Assembly (NCBI RefSeq): GCF_006345805.1
Contig: NW_021833287.1
Coordinates: 1-64,000, forward strand
Length of the DNA stretch: 64,000 nucleotides
Source of the DNA: Octopus sinensis
Taxonomy: Eukaryota
Direction: 5' to 3'
The notes under the pieces are model-generated. The model did no database searches and was not told the DNA's origin. It saw nothing but the letters and a program-made list of their open reading frames with translations. This document shows positions 40,481-54,700 of the stretch, in pieces. Position 1 is the stretch's first letter. Each line of letters starts with the position of its first letter. Position numbers and translations under genes: made by a program.

Positions 40481-40917
40481 GAAATGAGAGAGAGATTGTG
40501 TGATAAATTAGATAGAGATAGTGACAGTCAGAAGAATACAGATATACAAGGATACACACACACATATGTAAATATGTGGTGTACAAACAAACAGATGTAT
40601 TAGTATAGCGCTCAGGAATAGAAAAGGTATTTTACGTTTCGAGCCTATGCTCTTCTACATATATACATGATGAGTCTTAATAAACACTATCACAATGATA
40701 GTATCCTAAAGACAACGTATTTATCGGTAACATTATAGTTCCTCTATATAATTAACTACATTGTTAAATGTAACCTTAATTTTTATGAGATGCTCTCTTA
40801 GAGTTATTCCATGTGCATTTCCATGCCAGTAGCGTTTCGCGTGAGTGCGCAACACCTTCTTCATACATTCACACATGGACACATATACACGAACACACAC
40901 ATACACACATACATACA

Positions 40918-40951
<34 letters not shown>

Positions 40952-42754
40952 CATGTATACATATGTATGTAAGAACGCATGGATAAGTGAATATATGTAT
41001 ATCTGTATTTATAAATCAATACAGGTATGTGCATATTCGACAAAAAAGTTACGAGTTTTTCAAGGGCTGACAATTTCATGCATGCATAAGGTTAATACCA
41101 TACCCTGAAGTAATTTATGTAGCTTTCTGCCAATTTAAAAGAAAACTATATGCATGCATGCATGTACGCAAGTATTTTAGATTAATGCCATCCTTTTTGC
41201 ATCGGGTAGAAGATTGGGGGGGAGGGTATATAGATGGTTACTCCTACCTATAGCAATGGACATAGGAAAACTATTTGAAGAGGACACATGGTTAAGCAGA
41301 GTAGTACAGCAGAGATATAACTCCAGCATATACTCCAAGTCTGAGCACAGAAAGTAATAGTATAGACAGGAATGTTTGGCAATCATTATTCCCGGCTATC
41401 TCCGCCTGCAGCAGAGTACGCTCTAACACGAGATATTTGCCTCCATTTTACGAATCTATATTACTAGACATACCTCATGCTCGTTTCATCGGCCATACTC
41501 TCCCATACTGGTATGTTGGGTGAAGGTATTAATTTTTTGAAGTCTTCTTTCTCTTAGATTGATTGCTTTCACCGCTGCCAAAGAACTCAATTTATCCTTA
41601 CAGACATGTATATAACTTACCGATGGGACCATGACATGTTCTACCATTCTTTATCAGTATGGGCCTTGGTAAAATGGTGTTTAAGGGATAACTCCACGCT
41701 CCCCAGGACTCCAGAACTACCTCACTGAAGTCTCACCATTGGATGTAACATAATTCTGCCAACATTCGTATATTGTATTGAAAGAGGGATAATTATTTTC
41801 ATAAGCCAAAAACGTTAGATACATTCTACCACATTTATGAAATATCCTCAATATGGTCTGGTTAATTAGAATTTCTAATTAAAAAGTACTACTGCAAAGC
41901 AAAACCTAGCCTCATCATAGCTCCAGTAATTACACATTGTACGTCAGATTTTGCGTGCTTCCTATGGTACAACGTGAAGGGTCGTGGCTCAGTGGTTTGG
42001 GTGTTGCGCTTAAGATCATAAGATCGTGGTTTCGATGCTTGGATAAGGTGGTGCGTTCTATTCTTAAGCAAAAAAAAAATTCACATTGCTGCTGTCCACC
42101 CAGCTGTAAATTAGTGATCCGGCAACGTATTAGATTACTAAAATCTCGGTCGCTTACTCACCAGAGAAACAGACTTTTTAAATCCTACCTTTAAAATACT
42201 ATTTACATCCTGTTGTATATCTAGTATATATTTACGAACAGCTGTATATTTTCAGAGAATGTGTAAACGGCTTTTTTTCTGTCAGAATCGCTGGAGCGTT
42301 GAACTAAATGCTTCGAAGTGTTTATTCCAACTCTCTGGACTCTGCGTTCAAATCTCTCCGAGGTCAACTCTGCCTTTTATCCCAACGGTTCCTAGTTAAA
42401 TGCTTGATTCACTAAGAACTATACTGTATTTATTGTGACTCTTTTTCTTTCATGCAATATGTTACGATTTGAAGTTCAATTGATGTGCTGTTCTTGATAG
42501 TTCAAGAGACTGTATAGAGACTCGCTCGTTTGCTAGTTGTGTTGCTGCTATTTTCTCTTTGTTTTTGTGGTTGTTGTTGTTGTTGTTGCTAATTTTCTCT
42601 CAGTTTAGAGAAATTAGATTCTGCACTGTCTGATTAAATCAACACTGATCAGAAATTTGTCTCTACGTAGAAGTTATTTGATAATATTGTTTCCTCGTGA
42701 GATTCTAGTCCTTCACATAACAGGGTAATCGCAAACACACACACACATATATAT

Positions 42755-42821
<67 letters not shown>

Positions 42822-42843
42822 CATATATATATATATATATGTA

Positions 42844-42874
<31 letters not shown>

Positions 42875-43981
42875 CATCACAAGTATATACATACATACAT
42901 ATATATATATATATGTGTGTGTGTGTAATCACAAGTGTATACATTCACTCTGATGCACACACTCATACATGAAGTTAATACATGTTAAATATTTCTCATT
43001 TCCGCATATATATGTATATGTACCTAGATTTATTTACATGTGTACGTCTGTATACATGGATGTAGGCATATATGTATACGTACATGGGTGTGTGTGCGTG
43101 TGCGCGCATACATGTATATGTTTGTATAAGCATATGTATGTTAGTACGTATGTATACTGTATAGTTTTTATAGAACACATTTGATAATGTTTATTTACTG
43201 AATAACATACACCAGTATATATTAAGCTCTTACAGTATGTACGTGTGTATGTGTGTATGTGTGTGGGAGAGAGAGAGAGAGAGAGAGAGAGAAAGAAAGG
43301 GAGTATATGTGTATGTATCTGTGGATCCATATTTACTTTTACACTCACACCTCAGACACATGCGATGTGTATTTGCGTATGGTTAATTCTCTTTATATAT
43401 AATCATATATTAATAATTCTTAACTCCTCTTCTTAGAGACTATTGTGTGATATCGATGTTTTTTATATGTCAGATAGCCTAAACTACTGGTCTCCATATC
43501 CGGTGCTATTAGAACAGGAACCTTGTGTCTCGTGGTGGTTCGTCCCTCTGGCGGTTAATTAGAGAGCATAGAATTGTTGGAGTAAATGCAGACCTTGGTC
43601 TAAGCAAGAACAAGTATTCCCGCTTTCATGCCAGGACACTGTTGGATCAAGGTTTGCTTGAAGCTTCCCAGATGAAGGCAGACCTAAGGCTAAACAACGT
43701 GAGTGCATCAGCACTGATGACTCAGAAACACTGCGCTGACTTGGCGTTATATAACAACTAAAATGAAAGTATGAGAGAGCTTTTACGACACAGTTCTGCC
43801 TTCTAGAAATAACAGAGAAACCTCTCAAATCTCTCTCAGATCATACACAATTGTCCATATTACGCAAGGGGCATACATACACATATATATATATATGTGT
43901 GTGTGTATGAATGTATATATATGTGTGTGTGTGTATGTATATGTGTGTATATATATATATGTATCTGTGTGCGCACGTCTG

Positions 43982-44015
<34 letters not shown>

Positions 44016-44136
44016 CGTGTCTGTGTTTGTGTGTGTATATACTTACATACATATCTGCTTATATTTATATGCATAAATTGATATATATATGCATATATAT
44101 ACACACACACATATATATATATACATATATATATAT

Positions 44137-44397
44137 CTTCTTTCTTCTTCTTTTCTCCCGTCTGTCTTGATAGACAATGGGTCGCGCCAAGGGTGGGGCC
44201 TACTTTGATGATGAGCAGCGTCTGCTGTGACTGAACAGTCCAATTCTAGAGTGGCAGTCCCTGGTACAGTTGCTGCACACGAACATCGATGGGTACGTGT
44301 GGGGTGTTGCTGCAGTTGTCCTCCTCCTGTCCCGCCTGTCCGACCACAGCTGTGCTCTTCTTTCCTCAGCCATGGAAACGACTTTCCTCACTGTCCG
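44137..44397 (-). mobile_element. RTE/BovB-type LINE 3' end (5'-truncated)
   Basis: ORF end FVCSNCTRDCHSRIGLFSHSRRC* is the CxxCxxxCxSRIGLxSHxRxC C-terminus typical of RTE ORF2. A short 3' UTR and an (AAG/AGA)-type tail follow. Confidence 0.88.
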
Positions 44398-44433
<36 letters not shown>

Positions 44434-45402
44434 ATATAATATATAATATATATATATATATACCTATATATATACATATATATATATATAAATAATATAT
44501 TAAAAGTCAGTTTGAATCTTGCTTGCAATGTTACCCAGCCAATCTGGCGCATAATGGGAAAATACCATGAATTAAGAATACCCTGAAATGCTAATACGAA
44601 CGGAATGAAACAAGTTTCACGTAAATCGGAGCATTAGTTATAGAGATATTTGGGGTTTGGGGAGGATAAACACCCAAAACAGTGCATAATGGGAAAATGT
44701 TCCGAATATAACTTCATTCTGAATGGGAAGAAAATCTAACCTTTCGATCAGACGGTAATTTGACAACGAAAAAATACGAAGTTTTTTCTTCAAGTAAATG
44801 TTAAAGCTTTTGCTTTTGTTAAAAACAATACGTTAATCATTTAGAAAAATGTTTAAGTGAATGTGATTTCAAAAAGTTAAGCTGCTTGCACAATAAATAT
44901 TTATAATTTAGCTTTCTTTAAACTGAAAATATTTTAATGTTTTTAAAATTATTTTCAAGTGATTACCATTACAAAAATACTTTTTGGTATATATAAAAAT
45001 GTTTTAAAGTGAAAATGACTTTAAAAATACGGCAGATATTTCGTAAAAGACCTGTTCGTAACCTCGGTGTGAAATAGTTTTTTCCATAGTTTGTTTCGAG
45101 TGCATTCAATATATCTCATCCCCACCAAAATTTGATTGCTATTTCTACCACGCGCTGCTACCACGTAACAGCTATTTGCGATAAAGGACCCGAAATATCT
45201 GTTACGTGGTAGCAAGTCGTACAAAAAATAATAGCCAAATCTTTCTTTTTCTTGGGAAAGGAGCCGTTTACGCATGATTTCGATCTCACATTCGTTGAAA
45301 GCATGCGAAATAACCTGGGTAAGAAGAAAACCCACAAAACAAAACTCTGTTCCTGAGAAACTCAGAGTTTCACAGTGACCCAATGGTTCACGGAATAGTC
45401 TA

Positions 45403-45501
<99 letters not shown>

Positions 45502-45599
45502 CATATATATATATTATATCAGGGTAGAAGAAAATTATAATGTGGATTTGTTTAAGCTGCGCTTCACATTGCCGGAAATACTCACATCCTTGATTTCAT

Positions 45600-45935
45600 G
45601 CTTCCTCCTCTGTGACACACATACAATGAGACATGTAGGATGCATTTATGAAACTGCAACGAATTTCCGCTCATCCAATTATAGTTTTGAGTGCGGCTTT
45701 CTGCAGCATGTCTATCATGCCTAGCCCTCTTCATCTGCTGGTTCAGGTGTTGAGATGTTTTACAATAATTGGCATGTTCACATTTAGGGGCTTTGGGAGT
45801 TGGTCAGGATTATCCTGCGTCCTTGTCTTTGATTTTGACGCCAAGGGTGGTCCTACCAGGATTTAGGATTCCTGACTGCTCCGCTCTCTGTGTCACTGGT
45901 TCACGCAAAACCCTCCACCACGACAAGGTGCGGCC
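45600..45935 (-). mobile_element. Probable RTE-type 5' UTR fragment
   Basis: Minus strand GCACCTTGTCGTGGTGGAGGGTTTTGCGTG..CAGTGACACAGAGAGC resembles the CCTTGTCGTGG motif I recall from RTE/BovB 5' ends. It is on the same strand and upstream of the 44.2 kb 3' end. The left boundary is approximate. Confidence 0.5.
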
Positions 45936-46479
45936 ATACTAGCATTAAAGACCCGTCGTTGCCGGGTCATAGTGCTAGTGCATGTATATATGTGTATATA
46001 TATATGTGTGTGTGTACATATTACATGTACATCTATATATATACATCTACACATAAAATGCAAAATACAAAGTTATATCTTGATATCGCTAGTGATAACA
46101 ATACTCAAAATATATAACAGACTGGAATTGTTAGCTCTTCTTTTTTTCTCTACATTGTATACTTTATAGACAATAGTCTTTTCTTTAATTTAATTTTTTA
46201 TTATCCATCTGGACTATTCCATTTCTACACGCTAATTATATTTTTAATTTATTCCCATTCATGTGAAACCACTTTTTCAAGTTCAAATTATTGATGCAAA
46301 TTTATGCCAATTGCTATTTTTACTTTTGTATGTTACGATTATATTATACCTTAGTTTGATTTTAATTATTACTTACTACATATAATTCAATTGTTATTAT
46401 TATTTTTATTGTTAAAGTGAAAGCATCTGACATAAAATAGAGAAATATTTTTGTTTCACTTTTAACACGTAATACTGAA

Positions 46480-46822
46480 ATAGCGGAGAAGATATGATAT
46501 TGCTATGGCTCGCTCTATGCAAGAAGTTGAACATTTTTTTTTGCCCATGAAACTACATGGACCCTAGGTAAGGCATGTGTAAAATTTGAATGAAATTGGT
46601 TGCGTAGTTCTCAAGTTTTAGGGAATCGTAGTGGAGATGATATGATATCGCTGTGGGCTCGCCCTAGGCAAAAAGTTAAATTTTTTTGCCGATGACACTC
46701 CCCGGACCCTAAGTAAGGCATGAGTAAAATTTGAAAGAAATTGGTTGTGTAGTTCTCAAGTTTTAGGGAAGCACACAGACAGACAGACACACACACATTC
46801 TCAGTTTTATATATATAAAGAT
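46480..46822 (+). mobile_element. Helitron/Helentron-like non-autonomous element with two 145-bp internal units
   Basis: A 67-bp block GGACCCTA.GTAAGGCATG.GTAAAATTTGAA.GAAATTGGTTG.GTAGTTCTCAAGTTTTAGGGAA lies at 46559 and 46704. The element ends (CAGA)n-(CA)n-TTCTCAGTTTTATATATATAAAGAT. Confidence 0.5.
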
Positions 46823-46900
46823 TATATCATATTATCTTATTATCTGTTACCTTTGAAGAGCTTTGTGCCTAACATAGAAAGGATTATTATTATTAAGCGA

Positions 46901-47280
46901 CGAAAGGCGGCAAGCTGGCAGAATCATTAGCACGTCGGAGAAAATGCTTAGCGGCATTTTGTGCGTTCTTGGTTTTGGGTTCAAATTCGGCCGACATTGC
47001 CTTTCAGTCATTCGATTCCGATAAAATAGGTACCAGTTGAACTGGCCTTGTGCCAAAACTTGATACCATTATTAAGGGGACGAGCTAGCAGAACTATTAA
47101 CACGCCGGCGTTTCGTTCGTCTTTCAGTTTGGGTTGAAATTCTACGATGGTCGACTTTGCCTTTCAACTGTTCGGTACCGATAAAGTAAGTACCAGTCGA
47201 GTGGTGGAGTCGTTTAACCCCCATCCTCTCACGTACACCAAAATTTCAGGCTTTGTCCCGATAATAGGAAGTATCATTAT
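46901..47280 (+). mobile_element. Two tandem SINE copies (GCTGGCAGAATCG family)
   Basis: Heads AAGGCGGCAAGCTGGCAGAATC (46901) and GGGGACGAGCTAGCAGAAC (~47076). Confidence 0.82.
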
Positions 47281-47465
47281 TGTTATATCATTATATTCTA
47301 TTTATCTTTCGAATTATTATAGATCAGTAATGTTTATGTATGAATTTCTCATATTGATTCGATTCCATTTACATATTAATTCGTACTTAATTATTCATAA
47401 ATCAACCACACACACACACACACACATACTATATATATATGTGTGTGTGTGAGTGTGCGTGTGTT

Positions 47466-47558
<93 letters not shown>

Positions 47559-47599
47559 AAGATAGATAGATAGATAGATAGAAAGATAGATAGATAGAT

Positions 47600-47647
<48 letters not shown>

Positions 47648-47667
47648 TGATAGATAGATAGATAGAT

Positions 47668-48066
47668 ATGTTTCTTTATTAGCCACACAGGGCTGCACAC
47701 AGATAGAACAAATTACAAGGTAGAGCTTTCTTTTGAAGGTTTAAAAAAAAAAAAAAAAAAAGGAAGGGGAGTTTCGATCAAAAGGGATCGTAAAAGGAGA
47801 GAAGAGGACAAAAAGGGGGGGTTAAAAAAAAAAAGGGGGGGGAGAGGAAAAAAAATTGATCAATAGGGATCGTTATCACAGAAATGTCAATATGAAGTGT
47901 AAAGGGGAGGACTGTGAGGTTTGCCGTGGAAAGAAAAAGCCTACGGAAAAGACCACGGTCAATGAAGTCGCATGGTTATATCTTTTTTTTTTTTTTTTTT
48001 TTTTTGCAAATAAGCAACTCTCTGTTTTCGATTTCTGGGTTCATAGGACTATGCTCAAGGTGTTCT
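47668..48066 (-). mobile_element. LINE 3' UTR (Tx1/L1-like) embedded in a (GATA)n array
   Basis: The minus strand ends GCAGCCCTGTGTGGCTAATAAAGAAAC followed directly by (ATCT)n. (GATA)n lies on both sides (47466-47667 and 48067-48320). Confidence 0.65.
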
Positions 48067-48095
48067 AGATAGATAGATAGATAGATAGATGGATG

Positions 48096-48182
<87 letters not shown>

Positions 48183-48198
48183 GGATAGATAGATAGAT

Positions 48199-48322
<124 letters not shown>

Positions 48323-48745
48323 GTGTATGTATGTATGCATATTTCCGATTCATTCTTTCAATCTAAGTCTTTATATCTCTTTACATAAAACTAGAAGCTC
48401 TCTCTCTCTCTCTCTCACTCTCTCTCTCCTCTATTTATCTATCTCTATCTATCTATCTATCTATCTATCTCTCTCTCTCTCTATCTCTCCCTATCTCTAT
48501 CTCGCACATACACATACACACACACCACAGAGCTGATGAAAATTGGTGAATAAAAATCAATTTGCATCAGAACTAAAGTGATTTAGTGATTTCTTGTGTA
48601 TATTCTTATATTTTATAGAATAAAGTATCTGAAACTTTACACATAAATACATACGTACGTGTGCGTTTGTTTGTGTTTGTGTGTGTGTGTGTGTGTGTAA
48701 TAAAACTTTGCTTTCTTTTGTTCTTATGATTTTGGACAAAACAAA

Positions 48746-51700
48746 GAAATGTCCATTTCCAGAGAGGGAGATTTGAGAGGTGAAGGGGAGGAAGGGGAGG
48801 GAGGAATGTTGAACATTCCAGAGAGGGGGATTTGAGAGGAGAAGGGGAGGAAGGGGAGGAAGGATTGTTGAACATTCCAGAGGGGGATTTTAGAGGAGAA
48901 GGGAAGGAAGGGGAGGAGGAATGTTGAACATTCCAGAGAGGGGGATTTGAGAGGAGAAGGGGGGAGGAAGGGGAGGAAGGATTGTTGAACATTCCGAGAG
49001 GGGGATTTAGAGAAGAGAAGAGAAGGGGAGGAAGGGGAGGGAGGGAAGTTGAACATTCCAGAGAAGGGATTTGAGAGGAGAAGGGGAGGAAGGGGAGGGA
49101 GGAATGTTGAACATTCCAGAGAGGGGGATTTGAGAGAAGGGGAGGAAGGGGAGGAAGGATTGTTGAACATTCCAGAGAGGGGGATTTTAGAGGAGAAGGG
49201 GGGGAAGGGGAGGGAGGAATGTTGAACATTCCAGAGAGGGGGATTTGAGAGGAGAAGGGGAGGAAGGGGAGGAAGGATTGTTGAACATTCCAGAGAGGGG
49301 GATTTTAGAGGAGAACGGGAGGAAGGGGAGGGAGGAATGTTGAAACATTCCAGAGAGGGGGATTTGAGAGGAGAAGGGGAGGAGGGGAGGGAGGAATGTT
49401 GAACATTCCAGAGAGGGGGATTTGAGAGGAGAAGGGGAGGAAGGGGAGGAGGAATGTTGAACATTCCAGAGAGGGGATTTTAGAGGAGAAGGGGAGGAAG
49501 GGGAGGGAGGAATGTTGACATTCCAGAGAGGGGGATTTGAGAGGAGAAGGGGAGGAAGGGGAGGAAGGATGTTGAACATTCCAGAGAGGGGGATTTTAGA
49601 GGAGAGGGGAGGAAGGGGGGAGGAATGTTGAACATTCCAGAGAGGATGATTTGAGAGGAGAAGGGGAGGAAGGGAGGAGAGGAATGTTGAACATTCCAGA
49701 GAGGGGGATTTTAGAGGAGAAGGGGAGGAAGGGGAGGGAGGAATGTTGTGAACATTCCAGAGAGGGGGATTTGAGAGGAGAAGGGGAGGAAGGGGAGAAG
49801 GATTGTTGAACATTCCAGAGAGGGGGATTTTAGAGGAGAAGGGGAGGAAGGGGAGGGAGGAATGTTGAACATTCCAGAGAGGGGGATTTGAGAGGAGAAG
49901 GGAGGAAGGGGAGGAAGAATGTGAACATTCCAGAGAGGGGGATTTTAGAGGAGAAGGAGAGGAAGGGGAGGGAGGAATGTTGAACATTCCAGAGAGGGGG
50001 ATTTGAGAGGAGAAGGGGAGGAAGGGGGGAGAGGAAGGGGGGGAGGAATGTTGAACATTCCAGAGAGGGGGATTTGAGAGGAGAAGGGGAGGAAGGGGGG
50101 AGGAAGGATTGTTGAACATTCCAGAGAGGGGGGATTTTTTAGAGGAGAAGGGGGGAAGGGGAGGGAGGAATGTTGAACATTCCAGAGAGGGGGATTTGAG
50201 AGGAGAAGGAGAGGAAGGGGAGGAGGAATGTTGAACATCCAGAGAGGGGATTTGAGAGGAGAAGGGGAGGAAGGGAGGAAGGAATGTTGAACATTCCAGA
50301 GAGGGGGATTTTAGAGAGGAGAAGGGGAGGAAGGGAGGGAGGAATGTTGAACATTCCAGAGAGGGGGATTTGAGAGGAGAAGGGGAGGAAGGGGAGGAGG
50401 ATTGTTGAACATTCCAGAGAGGGAGATTTTAGAGGAGAAGGGGAGGAAGGGGAGGGAGGAATGTTGAACATTCCAGAGAGGGGGATTTGAGAGGAGAAGG
50501 GGAGGAAGGGGAGGATGGATTGTTGAACATTCCAGAGAGGGGGATTTTAGAGGAGAAGGGGAGGGAAGGGGAGGAAGGAGGGATGAGGAAGGAATGTTGA
50601 ACATTCCAGAGAGGGGGATTGAGAGGAGAAGGGGAGGAAGGGGAGGGAGGAATGTTGAACATTCCAGAGAGGGGGATTTGAGAGGAGAAGGGGAGGAAGG
50701 GGAGAAGGATTGTTGAACATTCCAGAGAGGGGATTTAGAGGAGAAGGAGAGGAAGGGGAGGGAGGAATGTTGAACATTCCAGAGAGGGGGATTTGAGAGG
50801 AGAAGGGGAGGAAGGGGAGGGAGGAATGTTGAACATTCCAGAGAGGGGGATTTGAGAGGAGAAGGGGAGGAAGGGGAGGAAGGATGTTGAACATTCCAGA
50901 GAGGGGGATTTAGAGGAGAAGGGGAGGAAGGGGAGGGAGGAATGTTGAACATTCCAGAGAGGGGGATTTGAGAGGAGAAGGGGAGGAAGGGGAGGGAGGA
51001 ATGTTGAACATTCCAGAGAGGGGGATTTGAGAGGAGAAGGGGAGGAAGGGGAGGAAGGATTGTTGAACATTCCAGAGAGGGGGATTTTAGAGGAGAAGGG
51101 GAGGAAGGGGAGGGAGGAATGTTGAACATTCCAGAGAGGGGGATTTGAGAGGAGAAGGGAGGAAGGGGAGGAAGGATTGTTGAACATTCCAGAGAGGGGG
51201 ATTTTAGAGGAGAAGGGGAGGAAGGGGAGGGAGGAATGTTGAACATTCCAGAGAGGGGGATTTGAGAGGAGAATGGGAGGAAGGGGAGGAAGGAATGTTG
51301 AACATTCCAGAGAGGGGGATTTTAGAGGAGAAGGGGAGGAAGGAAGGGGGGAGGAAGGTGTGAACATTCCAGAGAGGGGGATTTGAGAGGTGAAGGGGAG
51401 GAAGGGGAGAAAGGAATGTTGAACATTCCAGAGAGGGGGATTTGAGAGGAGAATGGGAGGAAGGTGTGGAAGGAATGTTGAACATTCCAGAGAGGGGGAT
51501 TTTAGAGGAGAAGGGGAGGAAGGGGAGGGAGGAATGTTGAACATTCCAGAGAGGGGGATTTGAGAGGAGAAGGGGAGGAAGGGGAGGAAGGATTGTTGAA
51601 CATTCCAGAGAGGGGGATTAGAGGAGAAGGGGAGGAAGGGGAGGAAGGGGAGGGAGGAATGTTGAACATTCCAGAGAGGGGGATTTGAGAGGAGAAGGGG

Positions 51701-54700
51701 AGGAAGGGGAGGAAGGAATGTTGAACATTCCAGAGAGGGGGATTTTAGAGGAGAAGGGGAGGAAGGAAGGGGAGGGGAATGTTGAACATTCCAGAGAGGG
51801 GATTTGAGAGGAGAAGGGGAGGAAGTGGAGGGAGGGAATGTTGAACATTCCAGAGAGGGGGATTTGAGAGGAGAAGGGGAGGAAGGGGAGAAGGAATGTT
51901 GAACATTCCAGAGAGGGGGATTTGAGAGGAGAAGGGGAGGAAGGGGGGGGAGGAATGTTGAACATTCCAGAGAGGGGGATTTGAGAGGTGAAGGGGAGGA
52001 AGGGGAGAAAGGAATGTTGAACATTCCAGAGAGGGGGATTTGAGAGGAGAAGGGGAGGAAGGGAGGAAGGATTGTTGAACATTCCAGAGAGGGGGATTTT
52101 AGAGGAGAAGGGGAGGAAGGGAGGGAGGAATGTTGAACATTCCAGAGAGGGGGATTTGAGAGGAGAGGGGAGGAGAGGAAGGGAGAGGAGGATGTTGAAC
52201 ATTCCAGAGAGGGGGATTTTAGAGGAGAAGGGGAGGAAGGGGAGGGAGGATTGTTGAACATTCCAGAGAGGGGGATTTGAGAGGAGAAGGGGAGGAAGGG
52301 GAGGAAGGATTGTTGAACATTCCAGAGAGGGGGATTTTAGAGGAGAAGGGAGGGAGGAATGTTGAACATTCCAGAGAGGGGGATTTTAGAGGAGAAGGGG
52401 AGGAAGGGGAGGGAGGAATGTTGAACATTCCAGAGAGGGGGATTTAGAGGAGAAGGGGAGGAAGGGGAGGAAGGATTGTTGAACATTCCAGAGAGGGGGA
52501 TTTTAGAGAGAGAAGGGGAGGAAGGGGAGGGAGGAATGTTGAACATTCCAGAGAGGGGGATTTGAGAGGAGAAGGGGAGGAAGGGAGGAGGATTGTTGAA
52601 CATTCCAGAGAGGGGGATTTGAGAGGAGAAGGGGGGAGGAGGGGAGGGAGGAATGTTCAACATTCCAGAGAGGGGGATTTGAGAGAAGGGAGGAGGGGGG
52701 AGGAAATTGTTGAACATTCCAGAGAGGGGGATTTTAGAGGAGAAGGGGAGGAAGGGGAGGGAGGAATGTTGAACATTCCAGAGAGGGGGATTTGAGGGAG
52801 AAGGGGAGGAAGGGAGGGAGGAGGATGTTGAACATTCCAGAGAGGGGGATTTGAGAGGAGAAGGGGAGGAAGGGGAGGAAGGAATGTTGAACATTCCAGA
52901 GAGGGGGATTTAGAGGAGAAGGGGAGGAAGGGGAGGGAGGAATGTTGAACATTCCAGAGAGGGGGATTTGAGAGGAGGGGAAGGAGGAAGGGGGGGAGGA
53001 ATGTTGAACATTCCAGAGAGGGGGATTTGAGAGGAGAAGGGGGGAAGGGGAGGAGGAGGATTGTTGAACATTCCAGAGAGGGGGATTTGAGAGGAGAAGG
53101 GGAGGGAGGAAGGAATGTTGAACATTCCAGAGAGGGGGATTTGAGAGGAGAAGGGGAGGAGGAGAGGAGGGGAGGAGGATTGTTGAACATTCCAGAGAGG
53201 GGATTTTAGAGGAGAAGGGGAGGAAGGGGAGGGAGGAATGTTGAACATTCCAGAGAGGGGGATTTGAGAGGAGAAGGGAGGAAGGGGAGGAGGAATGTTG
53301 AACATTCCAGAGAGGGGGATTTGAGAGGAGAAGGGGAGGAAGGGGAGGAAGGAATGTTGAACATTCCAGAGAGGGGGATTTTAGAGGAGAAGGGGAGGAA
53401 GGGGAGGGAGGAATGTTGAACATTCCAGAGAGGGGGATTTGAGAGGAGAAGGGGAGGAAGGGGAGGAAGGATTGTTGAACATTCAGAGAGGGGGATTTGG
53501 AGGAGAAGGGGAGGAAGGGGAGGGAGGAATGTTGAACATTCCAGAGAGGGGATTTGAGAGGAGAAGGGGAGGAAGGGGAGGGAGGAATGTTGAACATTCC
53601 AGAGAGGGGGATTTTAGAGGAGAAGGGGAGGAGGGGAGGGAGGAATGTTGAACATTCCAGAGAGGGGGATTGAGAGGAGAAGGGGGGGAGGAAGGGGAGG
53701 AAGGTTGTTGAACATTCCAGAGAGGGGGATTTTAGAGGAGAAGGGGAGGAAGGGGAGGGAGGAATGTTGAACATTCCAGAGAGGGGATTTGAGAGGAGAA
53801 GGGAGGAAGGGGAGGAAGGAATGTTGAACATTCCAGAGAGGGGGATTTGAGAGGAGAAGGGGAGGAAGGGGAGAAGGATTGTTGAACATTCCAGAGAGGG
53901 GATTTTAGAGGAGAAGGGGAGGAAGGGGAGGGAGGAATGTTGAACATTCCAGAGAGAGGGGATTTGAGAGGAGAAGGGGAGGAAGGGGAGGAAGGATTGT
54001 TGAACATTCCAGAGAGGGGGATTTTAGAGGAGAAGGGGAGGAAGGGGAGGGAGGAATGTTGAACATTCCAGAGAGGGGGATTTGAGAGGAGAAGGGGAGG
54101 AAGGGGAGGAGGAGGAATGTTGAACATTCCAGAGAGGGAGATTTTAGAGGAGAAGGGGAGGAAGGGGAGGGAGGAATGTTGAACATTCCAGAGAGGGGGA
54201 TTTGAGAGGAGAAGGGGAGGAAGGGGAGGAAGGATTGTTGAACATTCCAGAGAGGGGGATTTTAGAGGAGAAGGGGAGGAAGGGGGGAGGAATGTTGAAC
54301 ATTCCAGAGAGGGGGATTTGAGAGGAGAAGGGGAGGAAGGGGAGGGAGGAATGTTGAACATTCCAGAGAGGGGGATTTGAGGAGGGGAAGGGGAGGAGGA
54401 TTGTTGAACATTCCAGAGAGGGGGATTTTAGAGGAGAGAAAGGGAGGAAGGGGAGGGAGGAATGTTGAACATTCCAGAGAGGGGGATTTGAGAGGGAAGG
54501 GGAGGAAGGGGAGGAAGGAATGTTGAACATTCCAGAGAGGGGGGTTTAGAGGAGAAGGGGAGGAAGGGGAGGGAGAATGTTGAACATTCCAGAGAGGGGG
54601 ATTTGAGAGGTGAAGGGGAGGAAGGGGAGGAGAAGGAATGTTGAACATTCCAGAGAGGGGGATTTGAGAGGAGAATGGGAGGAAGGGGTGGAAGGAATGT

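Noticed and set aside
43716-43740. CTGATGA-CTCA-GAAAC motif and the surrounding 78-aa ORF
   Set aside because: No stems II or III. The ORF has no recognisable motif or convincing splice sites.
45371-45400. CACAGTG (Transib/RSS heptamer)
   Set aside because: No nonamer, no partner end and no transposase. A 7-mer is expected by chance.
48531-48569. CTGATGA within hairpin CTGATG-A-AAATTG...CAATTT-G-CATCAG
   Set aside because: A simple stem-loop; no GAAA or hammerhead junction follows.
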